The translations under genes were made by a program, and so were the position numbers. DNA of 64,000 nt, from assembly GCA_946411635.1 (NCBI GenBank), contig CAMKES010000001.1, positions 3,168 through 67,167 on the forward strand, read 5' to 3'. A model generated the notes under the pieces. It was given only the letters and a program-made list of their open reading frames with translations, was not told the DNA's origin and searched no databases. The first letter of the stretch is position 1. Each line of letters opens with the position of its first letter. Positions 63,998 to 64,000 of this stretch are shown here, one piece after another. The stretch is from an uncultured Clostridia bacterium. Lineage in GTDB: Bacteria; Bacillota; Clostridia; Christensenellales; CAG-138.

Positions 63998-64000
63998 GGA

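Overview
This is a 64-kb chromosomal segment from a high-GC, spore-forming Firmicute, probably a Clostridia or Oscillospiraceae-like genome. That placement is inferred from gene content only. All family assignments come from reading the supplied translations and the DNA; no database search or numerical computation was run.

Housekeeping blocks:
- spoVAD-spoVAE, with a separated spoVAC
- rplM-rpsI
- alr, rsmD-coaD and mscL
- lepA-hemW followed by a CIRCE-controlled hrcA-grpE-dnaK-dnaJ operon
- rplJ-rplL with an L10-type leader

Metabolic and other genes:
- a multidomain flavodiiron-rubredoxin protein
- a hydantoinase plus a MocA-guanine deaminase fusion
- hypB and hypA flanking a 973-aa Fe-S flavoprotein
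- LD-carboxypeptidase and a YibE/F protein
- several zinc-ribbon, lipoprotein and P/E-repeat envelope proteins

Accessory or unusual content:
1. An OmpR-type two-component system followed by four tandem paralogous lipoproteins. All transcription units are preceded by the same ATTACA-N5-ATTACR box at a fixed distance from the -10 element.
2. A divergently transcribed beta-class DNA methyltransferase and a wHTH + PD-(D/E)xK-like protein, with palindromes in the shared promoter region.
3. A promoter, operator and terminator/antiterminator leader of unknown class in front of two unknown genes, next to an AT-richer Fic gene.
4. An orphan endolysin-XhlA-holin cassette.
5. A lipoprotein barnase with barstar.
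6. A 22-bp tandem repeat array next to the split spoVA locus.
7. Two multi-hairpin intergenic elements.

Many long ORFs on the opposite strand of real genes are high-GC artefacts and were rejected.
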